From the NCBI RefSeq assembly GCF_000009045.1, contig NC_000964.3, positions 434,001 through 498,000 of the forward strand: a stretch of 64,000 nucleotides of DNA. The letters run 5' to 3'. The stretch is from Bacillus subtilis subsp. subtilis str. 168 (GTDB lineage Bacteria > Bacillota > Bacilli > Bacillales > Bacillaceae). A program made the translations under genes and the position numbers. A model generated the notes under the pieces. That model did not search any database and was not told where the DNA came from. It saw only the letters and a list, made by a program, of their open reading frames with translations. This document shows, piece after piece, positions 32,042 through 41,583 of this stretch (position 1 is the first letter of the stretch; each line of letters begins with the position of its first letter).

Positions 32042-32944
32042 ATGCAGCGTATTCAATTGGCGGAGGATCTTCAATTTTCAAGAGTCATACACGGGCTTTG
32101 GCGGCTGAATGAATGGAACTATTCAGATGCTGAACTTCTAAGCCTCATTGAATGGTGTATCGATCACGGCATCACGACCTTTGATCATGCGGATATTTAT
32201 GGAGGCTATACGTGCGAAAAGCTGTTTGGAAACGCCCTTGCCCTTTCGCCTGGATTAAGAGAAAACATAGAGTTGGTCACAAAATGCGGTATCGTTCTTG
32301 AATCGCCTGAACGGCCCGCTCACAGATCGCATCATTATAACACAAGCAAATCGCATATTTTGGCATCCGTTGAGCAATCGCTTATGAACCTTAGGACGGA
32401 TTATATCGATATGCTTTTGATTCACAGACCGGACCCGCTCATGGATCCGGAGGGGGTAGCAGAGGCGTTTCAGGCCTTGAAATGCTCTGGCAAGGTCAGG
32501 TACTTTGGCGTTTCAAATTTTAAAGATCACCAGTATCGGATGCTGGAATCATATTTGCCTGAGAAGCTCGTAACCAACCAGATTGAGCTTTCCGCATACG
32601 AATTAGAAAATATGCTCGACGGCACTTTGAACCTGTGCCAGGAAAAACGGATTCCGCCGATGGCTTGGTCGCCTCTGGCAGGCGGCAAAGTATTCACTGA
32701 AAACACGGATAAAGACCGACGTGTCCGTACGGCGCTTGAATCCGTCCAAGGGGAAATCGGCGCCGCTTCATTGGACGAGGTGATGTACGCATGGCTGTAT
32801 ACGCATCCGGCCGGCATCATGCCGATTGTCGGAAGCGGAAAGCGCGAGCGGATTTCCGCCGCGATAAATGCGTTGTCATACAAGCTTGACCAGGATCAAT
32901 GGTTCCGCATTTTTACAGCCGTACAGGGTTACGATATTCCATAA
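32042..32944 (+). CDS. ycsN: Aldo/keto reductase
   Basis: FDHADIYG, TKCG, LLIHRPD, GVSNF, MAWSPLAGG. Confidence 0.92.
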   Translation: MQRIQLAEDLQFSRVIHGLWRLNEWNYSDAELLSLIEWCIDHGITTFDHADIYGGYTCEKLFGNALALSPGLRENIELVTKCGIVLESPERPAHRSHHYNTSKSHILASVEQSLMNLRTDYIDMLLIHRPDPLMDPEGVAEAFQALKCSGKVRYFGVSNFKDHQYRMLESYLPEKLVTNQIELSAYELENMLDGTLNLCQEKRIPPMAWSPLAGGKVFTENTDKDRRVRTALESVQGEIGAASLDEVMYAWLYTHPAGIMPIVGSGKRERISAAINALSYKLDQDQWFRIFTAVQGYDIP

Positions 32945-32974
32945 AAAGCATCAGTTTACCAGCTGATGCTTTTT
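32943..32974 (+). terminator. Intrinsic terminator after ycsN
   Basis: AAAAAGCATCAG-N8-CTGATGCTTTTT. Confidence 0.88.
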
Positions 32975-32979
32975 CAATA

Positions 32980-33001
32980 TTGTCACACCGCTTAGTGCCA
33001 A
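32980..33001. promoter_or_regulatory. MtlR-site-like repeat at mtlR promoter
   Basis: TTGTCACA-N6-AGTGCCAA, same half-sites as at mtlA but 6-nt spacer. Confidence 0.6.
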
Positions 33002-33031
33002 ATTACCATTTATAAGTGATTGATTCTTTCT

Positions 33032-33045
33032 TGAAAGCGTTTTAT
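33032..33045. promoter_or_regulatory. cre site of mtlR
   Basis: TGAAAGCGTTTTAT. Confidence 0.75.
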
Positions 33046-33129
33046 ATTAAAAGGAAACCTCTCTATATCCTCTACTGCATCTCCTTGCGACTTCATCCGC
33101 ACATCAAGATTGGCTAGGAGGTCTTTTTT

Positions 33130-35214
33130 ATGTATATGACTGCCAGAGAACAAAAGCTGTTAAAGCACTTATTATTACAAAACAGATATATAACCGTAAC
33201 TGAGCTTGCTGAGCTGATGCAAGTCAGCACGAGAACCATTCACAGGGAACTCAAATCAATTAAACCGCTGATGGAAACCGTGGGGCTTACGTTAGATAAA
33301 CAGCCCGGTAAAGGGTTGAAAGCAGTGGGAAGTCCCGAGGGTAAACAAAAGCTGCTTACTGATTTATCATATGAACAGCATGAATACAGCGCCGACGAAC
33401 GGAAACTGCTCATTCTTTGTTCGTTATTAGAGTCTCAGGAGCCCGTCAAACTGTACACGCTTGCTCATGATCTCCAGGTGACGAATGCCACGGTCAGCTA
33501 TGACTTAGATGAGCTCGAGAAGTGGATTTCTCCCTTTGGACTGACACTGATCCGCAAAAGAGGTTTTGGCATCCAGCTCATAGGGCCGGAGAATGCGAAA
33601 CGGAAAATTGTCGGCAACTTGATTGTGAACCGTCTCGACATCCAAATGTTTTTGGAAGCGGTTGAATTAAACATCAAAGGAAAAACCGATTCTTCAGAGA
33701 AAATGTTCGGGGTTGTCAGCAAAGGTGAGCTGTTAAAAATGGAGCGCATCTTATTTCAGCTCAAAGAAAAAATCGCTTTTTCATTGTCCGACAGCTCCTA
33801 TATAGCGCTCGTCGTCCATCTGACGTATGCGATCGAACGAATTAAGCTTGGGGAAACTATCACCATGGAGCAAAATGAGCTTGAGGAACTGATGAATGCG
33901 AAGGAATACAGCTCCGCTCTTGAAATCGCGGGCGAGCTTGAACGTGCCTTCGGCGTGACGATTCCAGAGGCGGAGGTCGGCTATATTACAATCCATCTTC
34001 GAAGCGCCAATCGAAAATACAAAACAGAATACAAAGCGCAGGAAATTGAGCTGGAAACAGCCCTGCAAACAAAGCGGCTCATTGCTTTTATTTCAGACAA
34101 AATCAGAATGGATCTGACGAAAAACTACTCTTTATATGAAGGCTTGATTGCCCATTTGGAGCCGGCCGTCAGCCGCATAAAAGAAAATATTGAGATATAC
34201 AATCCGATGAAGGAACAGATCAAGCGCGATTATTTTCTGCTTTATATGGCGATCGAAGAAGGTGTCGAAAAGTATTTTCCGGGCATGTCCTTTTCTGATG
34301 ATGAAATCGCTTTTATCGTTCTTCACTTTGGCTCGGCTCTTGAAATCAAAAAAGAAGAAGCAAAAGTGAAAGCGCTTGTCGTCTGCTCAAGCGGGATCGG
34401 CTCCTCGAAAATGCTTGCCTCCAGACTGAAAAAAGAGCTGCCGGAAATTGAATCGTTTGATATGTCATCTCTGATCGAGCTAAAGGGGAAGGATGTTCAA
34501 GCCTATGATATGATTGTGTCCACTGTACCGATTCCTTATGAAAACATTGATTACATCATGGTCAGCCCACTATTAAATGAGGAAGACGCAAACCAGGTCA
34601 AGCAGTATATCAAGCGGAAGATTCCCCTTATTCTTAACAAAAAAAGAAGCTCGAAGGAAGAGGCGCAGCAAGCTGATGTACCTGACATGCTGGAGGCGGC
34701 GGAAAGCATAGGGCGGTATATGGAAGTTATCCAAGATGTTCTGCGCCATTTTACGCTAGCTCAACTCAAAACAAACCCGGACCATAGCATGCTTCTGCTA
34801 GAGCTTTTTCAACAGCTGAAGAAGGATGGCCTGATCCGTGATCCGGAAAAAGCCGCGGTTTGCCTGGCTGAGCGGGAGAAACAAGGGGGATTGGGAATCC
34901 CCGGAACAAACATGGCGCTTTATCATCTCAAAAATGATGAAATCGTCCTGCCTTTTTTCAAAATGTTTGATCTCAGCACCCCCTATGAAGTGGATGGCAT
35001 GGACGGAAATACCCTCAGGATGACACGCATTCTCGTCATGATGGCGCCTGGCTCATTATCTGCTGAAGGCTCGGAGATTTTAAGCGCGATCAGCTCGGCA
35101 ATTATCGAGAGCGGAGAAAGCATGGCGGGGTTTCAGGAAGAAGGAGGACAAGAATTGTATCAGCGGTTAAACCGCATATTTTTCACATGGATGAAAGAAA
35201 AAAACATACTGTAA
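33130..35214 (+). CDS. mtlR: PRD-containing activator of mannitol operon
   Basis: N-terminal HTHs, two PRD domains, EIIB-like [13 protein letters not shown]-like C-terminus. Confidence 0.94.
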
Positions 35215-35224
35215 ACCTGCATGG

Positions 35225-35253
35225 CACACGTCAAAAATTTGGCGTGTGTTTTT
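35225..35253 (+). terminator. Intrinsic terminator of mtlR
   Basis: CACACGTCAA-AAAT-TTGGCGTGTG-TTTTT. Confidence 0.75.
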
Positions 35254-35331
35254 CTGTGGATGGGGAACAAAATAAGAAAATGTGGGACTATTTTATCATT
35301 CAGTATTGGAATAATTCCAAAATGAAATAGT

Positions 35332-35360
35332 TTTACAAGTTATCTTTTTTGGGTTAAAAT
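35332..35360 (+). promoter_or_regulatory. SigA promoter of ydaB
   Basis: TTTACA-N17-TAAAAT. Confidence 0.65.
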
Positions 35361-35425
35361 GGGTGAGGTAAGGAAGAAAATCTAACAAATTATTGAAGAT
35401 TCAAGAGAATATAGGAGATGACGAT

Positions 35426-36937
35426 ATGGAAACATTACAGCATCTGATTCTGCATGACATGCCGAATAGCGAAGAAATAGAGGCTGTAAAAAGCGGAGAC
35501 CATACACTGACATATAAAGGTTACCGTAAACGGATTAATCAGCTGGCGAATGCCATGCTTCAAAAAGGAATTCAAAAGGGCGACCGTGTTGCATTGCTTT
35601 GCAAAAACGGCCATCCCGCCTCAACTGTTATGTTCGCCGCACTTGAAATAGGTGCTGTTGTCGTACCTGTCAGCTGGCAGCTGAAACCATATGAAATGAC
35701 AGGCATTTTAAAAGCAAGTGAACCAAAAGCGATGTTTTACGGAGCGGAGTTTAAAGAGATACTGGATGAAGTTCTTCCTGAATTGTCCTCACTGTGTGTA
35801 ACAATGGAAACAGGAACAGCTTACGAAACATCTGCTGAATTTGAAGCGCTGTTTGCAGGTCCTGATCATTTGCCAGAGACGGAAATGGTTTCACCTGATG
35901 ATACAGCACTTCTGATGTTTACATCTGGAACAACGGGAAACCCGAAAAGATGCATGATTACACATGGCGGCATATACAGATACGTTAAAAAATCCAACAG
36001 CTCAATAGCACGTATGAAGGGCCTTCGTTTTCTCGCGTGCCATCCGATTTATCATACGAGTGCGCTCATTTGCATCATGCTTGGAACGTTTGCAGAAACA
36101 ACATTTGTGTTTACAAAGGATCAAGATCCTGTTCACATGCTGAAGGTCATTGAAGAAGAGAAGATTCAGACCGTGATGGCTCTTCCTGTGTTCTACACGT
36201 ATTTGCTTGAGGCGTGGGAAAAGCACCAAACTGACTTATCTTCGCTTGTTATTTTAATGACAGGCGGAACAAAAGTGCCGAGCAGCCTAATAAGCCGCTA
36301 TCTTGATATTGGCATTCCGCTTGCGCATGGCTATGGAAGTACTGAGGCTTGGGGCATCAGCACATGGACGCCTGATATGGGAATGGATAAAGCGGCATCT
36401 GCAGGAAAACCTGTGGCAGGTGTTAAAGTCAAAGTGGAAGATCCTCTGACCGGAGAAGAACTTCCTCAAGGAGAAATCGGCGAAATCGTTGTTCATACTC
36501 CATTCTTATTTAAAGGCTATGAAGACAATCCTGAAGCAACAGCGAAAGTGCTGCAAAATGGATGGTTTAGAACCGGAGATTCAGGATATGTAGATGAAGA
36601 TGGCTTTATTTTCATCACGGGACGCTACAAGGATGTCATTATTTACGGAGGCGATAACGTCTATCCTGATCAGGTTGAAGAAGTTATCCAGCAGATCCCG
36701 GGAATCCTTGAAACGGCTGTGGTCGGTATTCCTGACCCGCTTTACGGTGAAAAACCGAAAGCTTTTATCGTGAAAAATGGCGGCCAGCGCATCACGGAAG
36801 AGGATGTCATCGCATTTTGTAAAGAACGCCTGTCCGCTTACAAAATACCTGAAGTTGAATTTGTTAACGAACTGCCGAAAAACAACCTTGGCAAGGTGAA
36901 AAAAGACGTCCTGCGCAATCAGGCTGTACATTCATAA
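35426..36937 (+). CDS. ydaB: Acyl-CoA synthetase / AMP-binding enzyme
   Basis: FTSGTTGNPK, YGSTE, RTGDSG, NNLGKVKK; ATG 35426 after AGGAG (503 aa). Confidence 0.9.
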   Translation: METLQHLILHDMPNSEEIEAVKSGDHTLTYKGYRKRINQLANAMLQKGIQKGDRVALLCKNGHPASTVMFAALEIGAVVVPVSWQLKPYEMTGILKASEPKAMFYGAEFKEILDEVLPELSSLCVTMETGTAYETSAEFEALFAGPDHLPETEMVSPDDTALLMFTSGTTGNPKRCMITHGGIYRYVKKSNSSIARMKGLRFLACHPIYHTSALICIMLGTFAETTFVFTKDQDPVHMLKVIEEEKIQTVMALPVFYTYLLEAWEKHQTDLSSLVILMTGGTKVPSSLISRYLDIGIPLAHGYGSTEAWGISTWTPDMGMDKAASAGKPVAGVKVKVEDPLTGEELPQGEIGEIVVHTPFLFKGYEDNPEATAKVLQNGWFRTGDSGYVDEDGFIFITGRYKDVIIYGGDNVYPDQVEEVIQQIPGILETAVVGIPDPLYGEKPKAFIVKNGGQRITEEDVIAFCKERLSAYKIPEVEFVNELPKNNLGKVKKDVLRNQAVHS

Positions 36938-36976
36938 AAGAAGAAGCCCGTCCACTTTATGTGGCGGGCTTCTTTG
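36938..36976. terminator. Bidirectional terminator between ydaB and ydaC
   Basis: AAGAAGCCCG-T-CCAC-TTTAT-GTGG-CGGGCTTCTTT; overlaps ydaC stop. Confidence 0.78.
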
Positions 36977-37553
36977 CAGTTGCACAGACGGAAAGCTCAG
37001 GCTTAATGTTCTTAAATTGTATATCAATGTCTTCGAAGCCGGCTGCTTTAAAGTCAGCAATCATCTGTCTTCCAAATGATTTGGTTTTCTCAGGACTGGC
37101 ATCCGCTTCCCGCGGCTGCATCGTAATGGCTGCTTTGCCGCCTGGCTTTAATGCCCGATAAATCTGTTTTATGCCTTTTGTTTGGTCATTCCAAATGGTG
37201 TAGTTGTTAACGGAAATCACTTTATCATAAAACGAGGCGGGGAGAGGAAATGTCTCGATGCTTCCTTGTATCAGGCGTACGCCCTTTGGTTTCACTCTGC
37301 GGGCGGCCAGCTTCAGCATGGCCTCTGATACATCAATCCCATGAAGATGAACATCCTTCTCGCGTTTCAGCATCTGCTGCATGCAGTATCCCGGGCCAAA
37401 CCCGACTTCTAAAATGCTGTCCCCGCGCGTGATACCCAGCTGATTGATTGTCCACTGATTCAGTGTTTGATTTTCAGCAGCCATGATGTACCCGGCAATC
37501 ATGCCGATGACGCCCTTTGGCCTGCTGAATCTTCTAGAAAGCATGTTAATCAT
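36957..37553 (-). CDS. ydaC: Class I SAM-dependent methyltransferase
   Basis: ILEVGFGPG motif I, GIDVSEAM, LKPGG; RBS AAAGGGGG before ATG 37553. Confidence 0.85.
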   Translation of the reverse strand: MINMLSRRFSRPKGVIGMIAGYIMAAENQTLNQWTINQLGITRGDSILEVGFGPGYCMQQMLKREKDVHLHGIDVSEAMLKLAARRVKPKGVRLIQGSIETFPLPASFYDKVISVNNYTIWNDQTKGIKQIYRALKPGGKAAITMQPREADASPEKTKSFGRQMIADFKAAGFEDIDIQFKNIKPELSVCATAKKPAT

Positions 37554-37592
37554 TCAGCAACCAACCCCCTTTTTGAGTTAATTTCCTCTCAG

Positions 37593-37608
37593 CGTTCCAT
37601 GTGAAACA
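37593..37608. other. parS: parS-like site (Spo0J/ParB binding)
   Basis: CGTTCCATGTGAAACA, 2 mismatches to TGTTNCACGTGAAACA; agrees with my recollection of a weak origin-distal parS near 40 degrees. Confidence 0.75.
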
Positions 37609-37644
37609 TTTTTCTGATAAAGCAATGCGAAGGTGCCAAGCCAT

Positions 37645-37670
37645 GTTTATCCAAAGAGTGTGTGAGGTAC
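37645..37670 (+). promoter_or_regulatory. SigB promoter of ydaDE
   Basis: GTTTAT-N14-AGGTAC. Confidence 0.75.
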
Positions 37671-37708
37671 ACAACAAATAGACATGAAAACAAAGGAGGA
37701 GAATCATC

Positions 37709-38569
37709 ATGGCAAATTATCCAAAAGAACTGCCGGCACAAACTCAAAGTCGCCAGCCGGGAATTGAAAGCGAAATGAATCCAAGTCCGGTGTATGAGTA
37801 CGAGGATTATAAAGGAGCAGACAAATTAAAAGGAAAAGTAGCTCTTATTACAGGCGGCGACAGCGGGATCGGACGCGCGGTTTCCGTCGCTTACGCAAAG
37901 GAAGGCGCAGACATCGCCATTGTGTATAAGGATGAGCATGAAGACGCTGAGGAGACGAAGAAACGTGTTGAACAAGAAGGCGTAAAATGCCTGCTGATTG
38001 CTGGTGACGTAGGTGAAGAGGAATTCTGCAATGAAGCGGTTGAAAAAACGGTCAAGGAACTAGGCGGCCTTGACATCCTTGTCAACAATGCAGGTGAACA
38101 GCACCCGAAGGAAAGCATCAAAGATATTACGAGCGAACAGCTTCACCGCACATTCAAAACAAATTTTTATTCTCAATTTTATTTGACTAAAAAAGCAATT
38201 GATTACCTGAAACCGGGCAGCGCCATCATCAATACGACATCCATCAACCCGTACGTAGGGAACCCGACACTGATTGATTATACAGCGACAAAAGGGGCGA
38301 TCAATGCCTTTACAAGAACAATGGCGCAGGCGCTTGTCAAAGACGGCATCCGTGTAAATGCAGTCGCGCCGGGTCCAATTTGGACGCCACTAATCCCAGC
38401 TACGTTCCCTGAAGAAACAGTTGCTCAATTTGGGCAAGATACGCCGATGGGCCGTCCTGGACAGCCTGTTGAGCACGTCGGCTGTTATGTGCTTCTGGCA
38501 TCAGATGAGTCCTCTTACATGACAGGTCAGACCCTGCATGTCAACGGCGGAAACTTTGTGACGACATAA
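37709..38569 (+). CDS. ydaD: General stress SDR oxidoreductase
   Basis: TGGDSGIG, NNAG, YTATK. Confidence 0.92.
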   Translation: MANYPKELPAQTQSRQPGIESEMNPSPVYEYEDYKGADKLKGKVALITGGDSGIGRAVSVAYAKEGADIAIVYKDEHEDAEETKKRVEQEGVKCLLIAGDVGEEEFCNEAVEKTVKELGGLDILVNNAGEQHPKESIKDITSEQLHRTFKTNFYSQFYLTKKAIDYLKPGSAIINTTSINPYVGNPTLIDYTATKGAINAFTRTMAQALVKDGIRVNAVAPGPIWTPLIPATFPEETVAQFGQDTPMGRPGQPVEHVGCYVLLASDESSYMTGQTLHVNGGNFVTT

Positions 38570-39086
<517 letters not shown>

Positions 39087-39088
<2 letters not shown>

Positions 39089-39116
39089 GGATGGGCTTAA
39101 CAGCCCATCCTTTTTG
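39087..39116 (+). terminator. Intrinsic terminator of ydaDE
   Basis: AAGGATGGGCT-TAAC-AGCCCATCCTTTTT. Confidence 0.88.
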
Positions 39117-39173
39117 TATTGAAAAAAACAGAATCATCGCTATAATGGGTAAAAAAGGAAAGAGGGCGAGGCA

Positions 39174-39725
39174 ATGTTCACTTGCAAGGTAAATGAGCAC
39201 ATCACCATCCGATTATTGGAGCCGAAGGATGCGGAGCGGCTGGCCGAACTCATTATCCAAAATCAGCAGCGGCTTGGCAAGTGGCTGTTTTTTGCGGAAA
39301 ATCCAAGCAGCGCTGACACGTACCGAGAAACAATCATTCCAGATTGGCGGCGCCAGTATGCCGACCTGAACGGCATTGAGGCGGGTCTCCTTTATGACGG
39401 CAGCCTATGCGGCATGATCAGCCTGCATAACCTTGATCAAGTGAATCGTAAGGCGGAAATCGGATATTGGATTGCCAAAGAATTTGAAGGGAAAGGCATT
39501 ATTACAGCTGCCTGCCGAAAACTCATTACGTATGCTTTTGAAGAGCTTGAGCTGAATCGTGTGGCGATCTGTGCGGCTGTCGGAAACGAAAAAAGCAGAG
39601 CGGTTCCGGAGCGGATCGGGTTTCTAGAGGAAGGAAAGGCACGGGATGGCTTATACGTAAACGGCATGCATCACGACCTCGTCTACTACAGTCTGTTAAA
39701 GCGTGAATGGGAAGGCGAAAAATAA
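39174..39725 (+). CDS. ydaF: RimL-like GNAT N-acetyltransferase
   Basis: AEIGYWIAKEFEGKGI, NEKSRAVPERIGF. Confidence 0.9.
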   Translation: MFTCKVNEHITIRLLEPKDAERLAELIIQNQQRLGKWLFFAENPSSADTYRETIIPDWRRQYADLNGIEAGLLYDGSLCGMISLHNLDQVNRKAEIGYWIAKEFEGKGIITAACRKLITYAFEELELNRVAICAAVGNEKSRAVPERIGFLEEGKARDGLYVNGMHHDLVYYSLLKREWEGEK

Positions 39726-39740
39726 AGAGCACACTTTCTT

Positions 39741-39767
39741 GTTTAAATCTTCCCCGGATGTGGAAAA
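39741..39767 (+). promoter_or_regulatory. SigB promoter of ydaG
   Basis: GTTTAA-N15-GGAAAA. Confidence 0.65.
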
Positions 39768-39802
39768 GTAACAGCGGAGACGTTAAAAAGGAGTGATTCG
39801 AG

Positions 39803-40225
39803 ATGAATCAGCAAGACATTAAACAAAAAGTGCTTGATGTTCTAGATCACCATAAAGTAGGTTCGCTCGCAACAGTTCAAAAGGGCAAACCGCATTCCCG
39901 CTACATGACTTTTTTCCATGACGGGCTGACGATTTACACACCGACAAGCAAGGAAACTCATAAAGCGGAAGAAATTGAGAACAACCCCAATGTCCACATT
40001 TTATTAGGCTATGATTGTGAAGGTTTTGGCGACGCATATGTCGAAGTTGCCGGAAAAGCAAAGATCAACAATTCGGCAGAACTCAAGGACAAAATATGGA
40101 GTTCCAAATTAGAGCGCTGGTTTGACGGCAAGGATGATCCGAATCTGGTGATTCTTGAAATTGAACCGGAGGATATCAGATTAATGAATGCCGGGGAGAA
40201 AACACCGGTCTCACTCGAACTATAA
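39803..40225 (+). CDS. ydaG: General stress protein, pyridoxamine-5'-phosphate-oxidase-like FMN-binding fold
   Basis: GSLATVQKGKPHSRYM, NPNVHIL, WFDGKDDP. Confidence 0.9.
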   Translation: MNQQDIKQKVLDVLDHHKVGSLATVQKGKPHSRYMTFFHDGLTIYTPTSKETHKAEEIENNPNVHILLGYDCEGFGDAYVEVAGKAKINNSAELKDKIWSSKLERWFDGKDDPNLVILEIEPEDIRLMNAGEKTPVSLEL

Positions 40226-40230
40226 AAAAT

Positions 40231-40259
40231 TTGTGTTTTCAGGGGCGATATGTTATTAT
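40231..40259 (+). promoter_or_regulatory. Candidate SigA promoter of the ydaG-amj intergenic RNA
   Basis: TTGTGT-N17-TATTAT with extended -10 TG. Confidence 0.5.
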
Positions 40260-40264
40260 GAATA

Positions 40265-40649
40265 GCTAGTAAGAAAAATAAGCAAATAAAAAAGAAAGTA
40301 AACTTCTTTTTTCTGTTTTGAGAGAGAAGCTTACCGCTTCCCAAGCAGCATAACCAGCTGCCCTTATTCTTTTCCTTCATAACAAATCGCCCCTAACGAT
40401 GAGATGGAAAAAAGACTTTTTTGTTTTACAATTCACACCGGCGCGGCTTCGGAGCCGCAGTGACGATTGAGAGGTAGGGCTTTCGTTGTCTTGTGTTCAA
40501 GAAATTTCCATGGTGTTTACTTTCCAGAATGATTCTTCGGAACAATGCTTTATGAATCTAACCCGCCTGACTTGGCGGATGATATAATCTTTATTTGCGT
40601 ATAGAAAAGAATAAGACAAACCGCCCGGCGTACGCCGGACGGTTTTTTT
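40265..40649 (+). ncRNA. bsrC: Structured intergenic small RNA locus (probably the reported BsrC); boundaries inferred
   Basis: 505-bp gap with no RBS-supported + strand ORF, several hairpins incl. two CTTCGG elements, ending in an intrinsic terminator; name from recollection of BsrC lying between ydaG and ydaH. Confidence 0.5.
40618..40649 (+). terminator. Intrinsic terminator upstream of amj promoter
   Basis: AAACCG-C-CCGGCG-TA-CGCCGG-A-CGGTTTTTTT. Confidence 0.82.
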
Positions 40650-40670
40650 ATTGCAAAAAACACATCGTAC

Positions 40671-40697
40671 TGAAACCTCCTTGTCTTCTTTCCAGTC
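40671..40697 (+). promoter_or_regulatory. SigM-type ECF promoter of amj
   Basis: TGAAAC-N17-AGTC; amj is established as SigM-controlled. Confidence 0.65.
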
Positions 40698-40730
40698 TTA
40701 TCTCTAGGATGAAATTGGAGGAAGAATAAC

Positions 40731-41540
40731 GTGCATGTCATTACAACACAAGTACTTTTTATTTTTTGTTTTTTATTGCTGATTCACTCGATAGAAACCT
40801 TAGCCTATGCGACAAGGCTTTCCGGAGCTCGCGTTGGATTTATTGCGTCCGCGCTTTCTCTGTTTAATGTCATGGTCATCGTATCCAGAATGTCGAATAT
40901 GGTGCAGCAGCCCTTTACTGGGCATTTAATTGATGATGCTGGAAAAAACGCACTGGCGATTGTAGGGGAGCAGTTCCGCTTTTTAATTTTCGGATCGACA
41001 GTCGGCACCATTTTGGGCATTATCCTGCTCCCGTCTTTTGTCGCTCTTTTTTCACGGGCGATTATTCACTTGGCGGGCGGCGGCGGCTCCGTTTTTCAAG
41101 TATTCCGAAAGGGATTCTCGAAACAAGGATTCAAAAATGCCCTTTCCTATTTGCGTCTGCCGTCCATTTCATATGTAAAAGGATTTCATATGCGCTTGAT
41201 TCCGAAGCGTTTGTTTGTCATCAACATGCTGATCACATCGATTTATACGATTGGTGTGCTTTCGGCTTTATACGCAGGCCTTTTGGCGCCGGAGCGCAGC
41301 ACGACAGCCGTCATGGCTTCGGGTTTGATCAACGGAATTGCAACGATGCTGCTGGCTATTTTTGTTGATCCTAAGGTATCCGTTCTTGCTGATGATGTGG
41401 CAAAAGGAAAACGAAGCTATATCTATTTAAAATGGACCTCTGTCACAATGGTCACATCAAGGGTGGCGGGCACACTCCTCGCCCAGCTCATGTTTATTCC
41501 CGGGGCCTACTATATCGCGTGGCTGACAAAGTGGTTTTAA
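40731..41540 (+). CDS. amj: Alternate lipid II flippase Amj (DUF2837)
   Basis: IHSIETLAYATRLSG, VSRMSNMVQQP, NGIATMLLAIFVDP; GTG start; synonym ydaH. Confidence 0.93.
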   Translation: MHVITTQVLFIFCFLLLIHSIETLAYATRLSGARVGFIASALSLFNVMVIVSRMSNMVQQPFTGHLIDDAGKNALAIVGEQFRFLIFGSTVGTILGIILLPSFVALFSRAIIHLAGGGGSVFQVFRKGFSKQGFKNALSYLRLPSISYVKGFHMRLIPKRLFVINMLITSIYTIGVLSALYAGLLAPERSTTAVMASGLINGIATMLLAIFVDPKVSVLADDVAKGKRSYIYLKWTSVTMVTSRVAGTLLAQLMFIPGAYYIAWLTKWF

Positions 41541-41544
41541 TAAG

Positions 41545-41575
41545 AAAGGCTGGATCATAAAGATCCAGCCTTTTT
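41545..41575. terminator. Bidirectional terminator amj/ydzA
   Basis: AAAGGCTGGATC-ATAAA-GATCCAGCCTTTTT. Confidence 0.88.
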
Positions 41576-41583
41576 GCGCTTCC

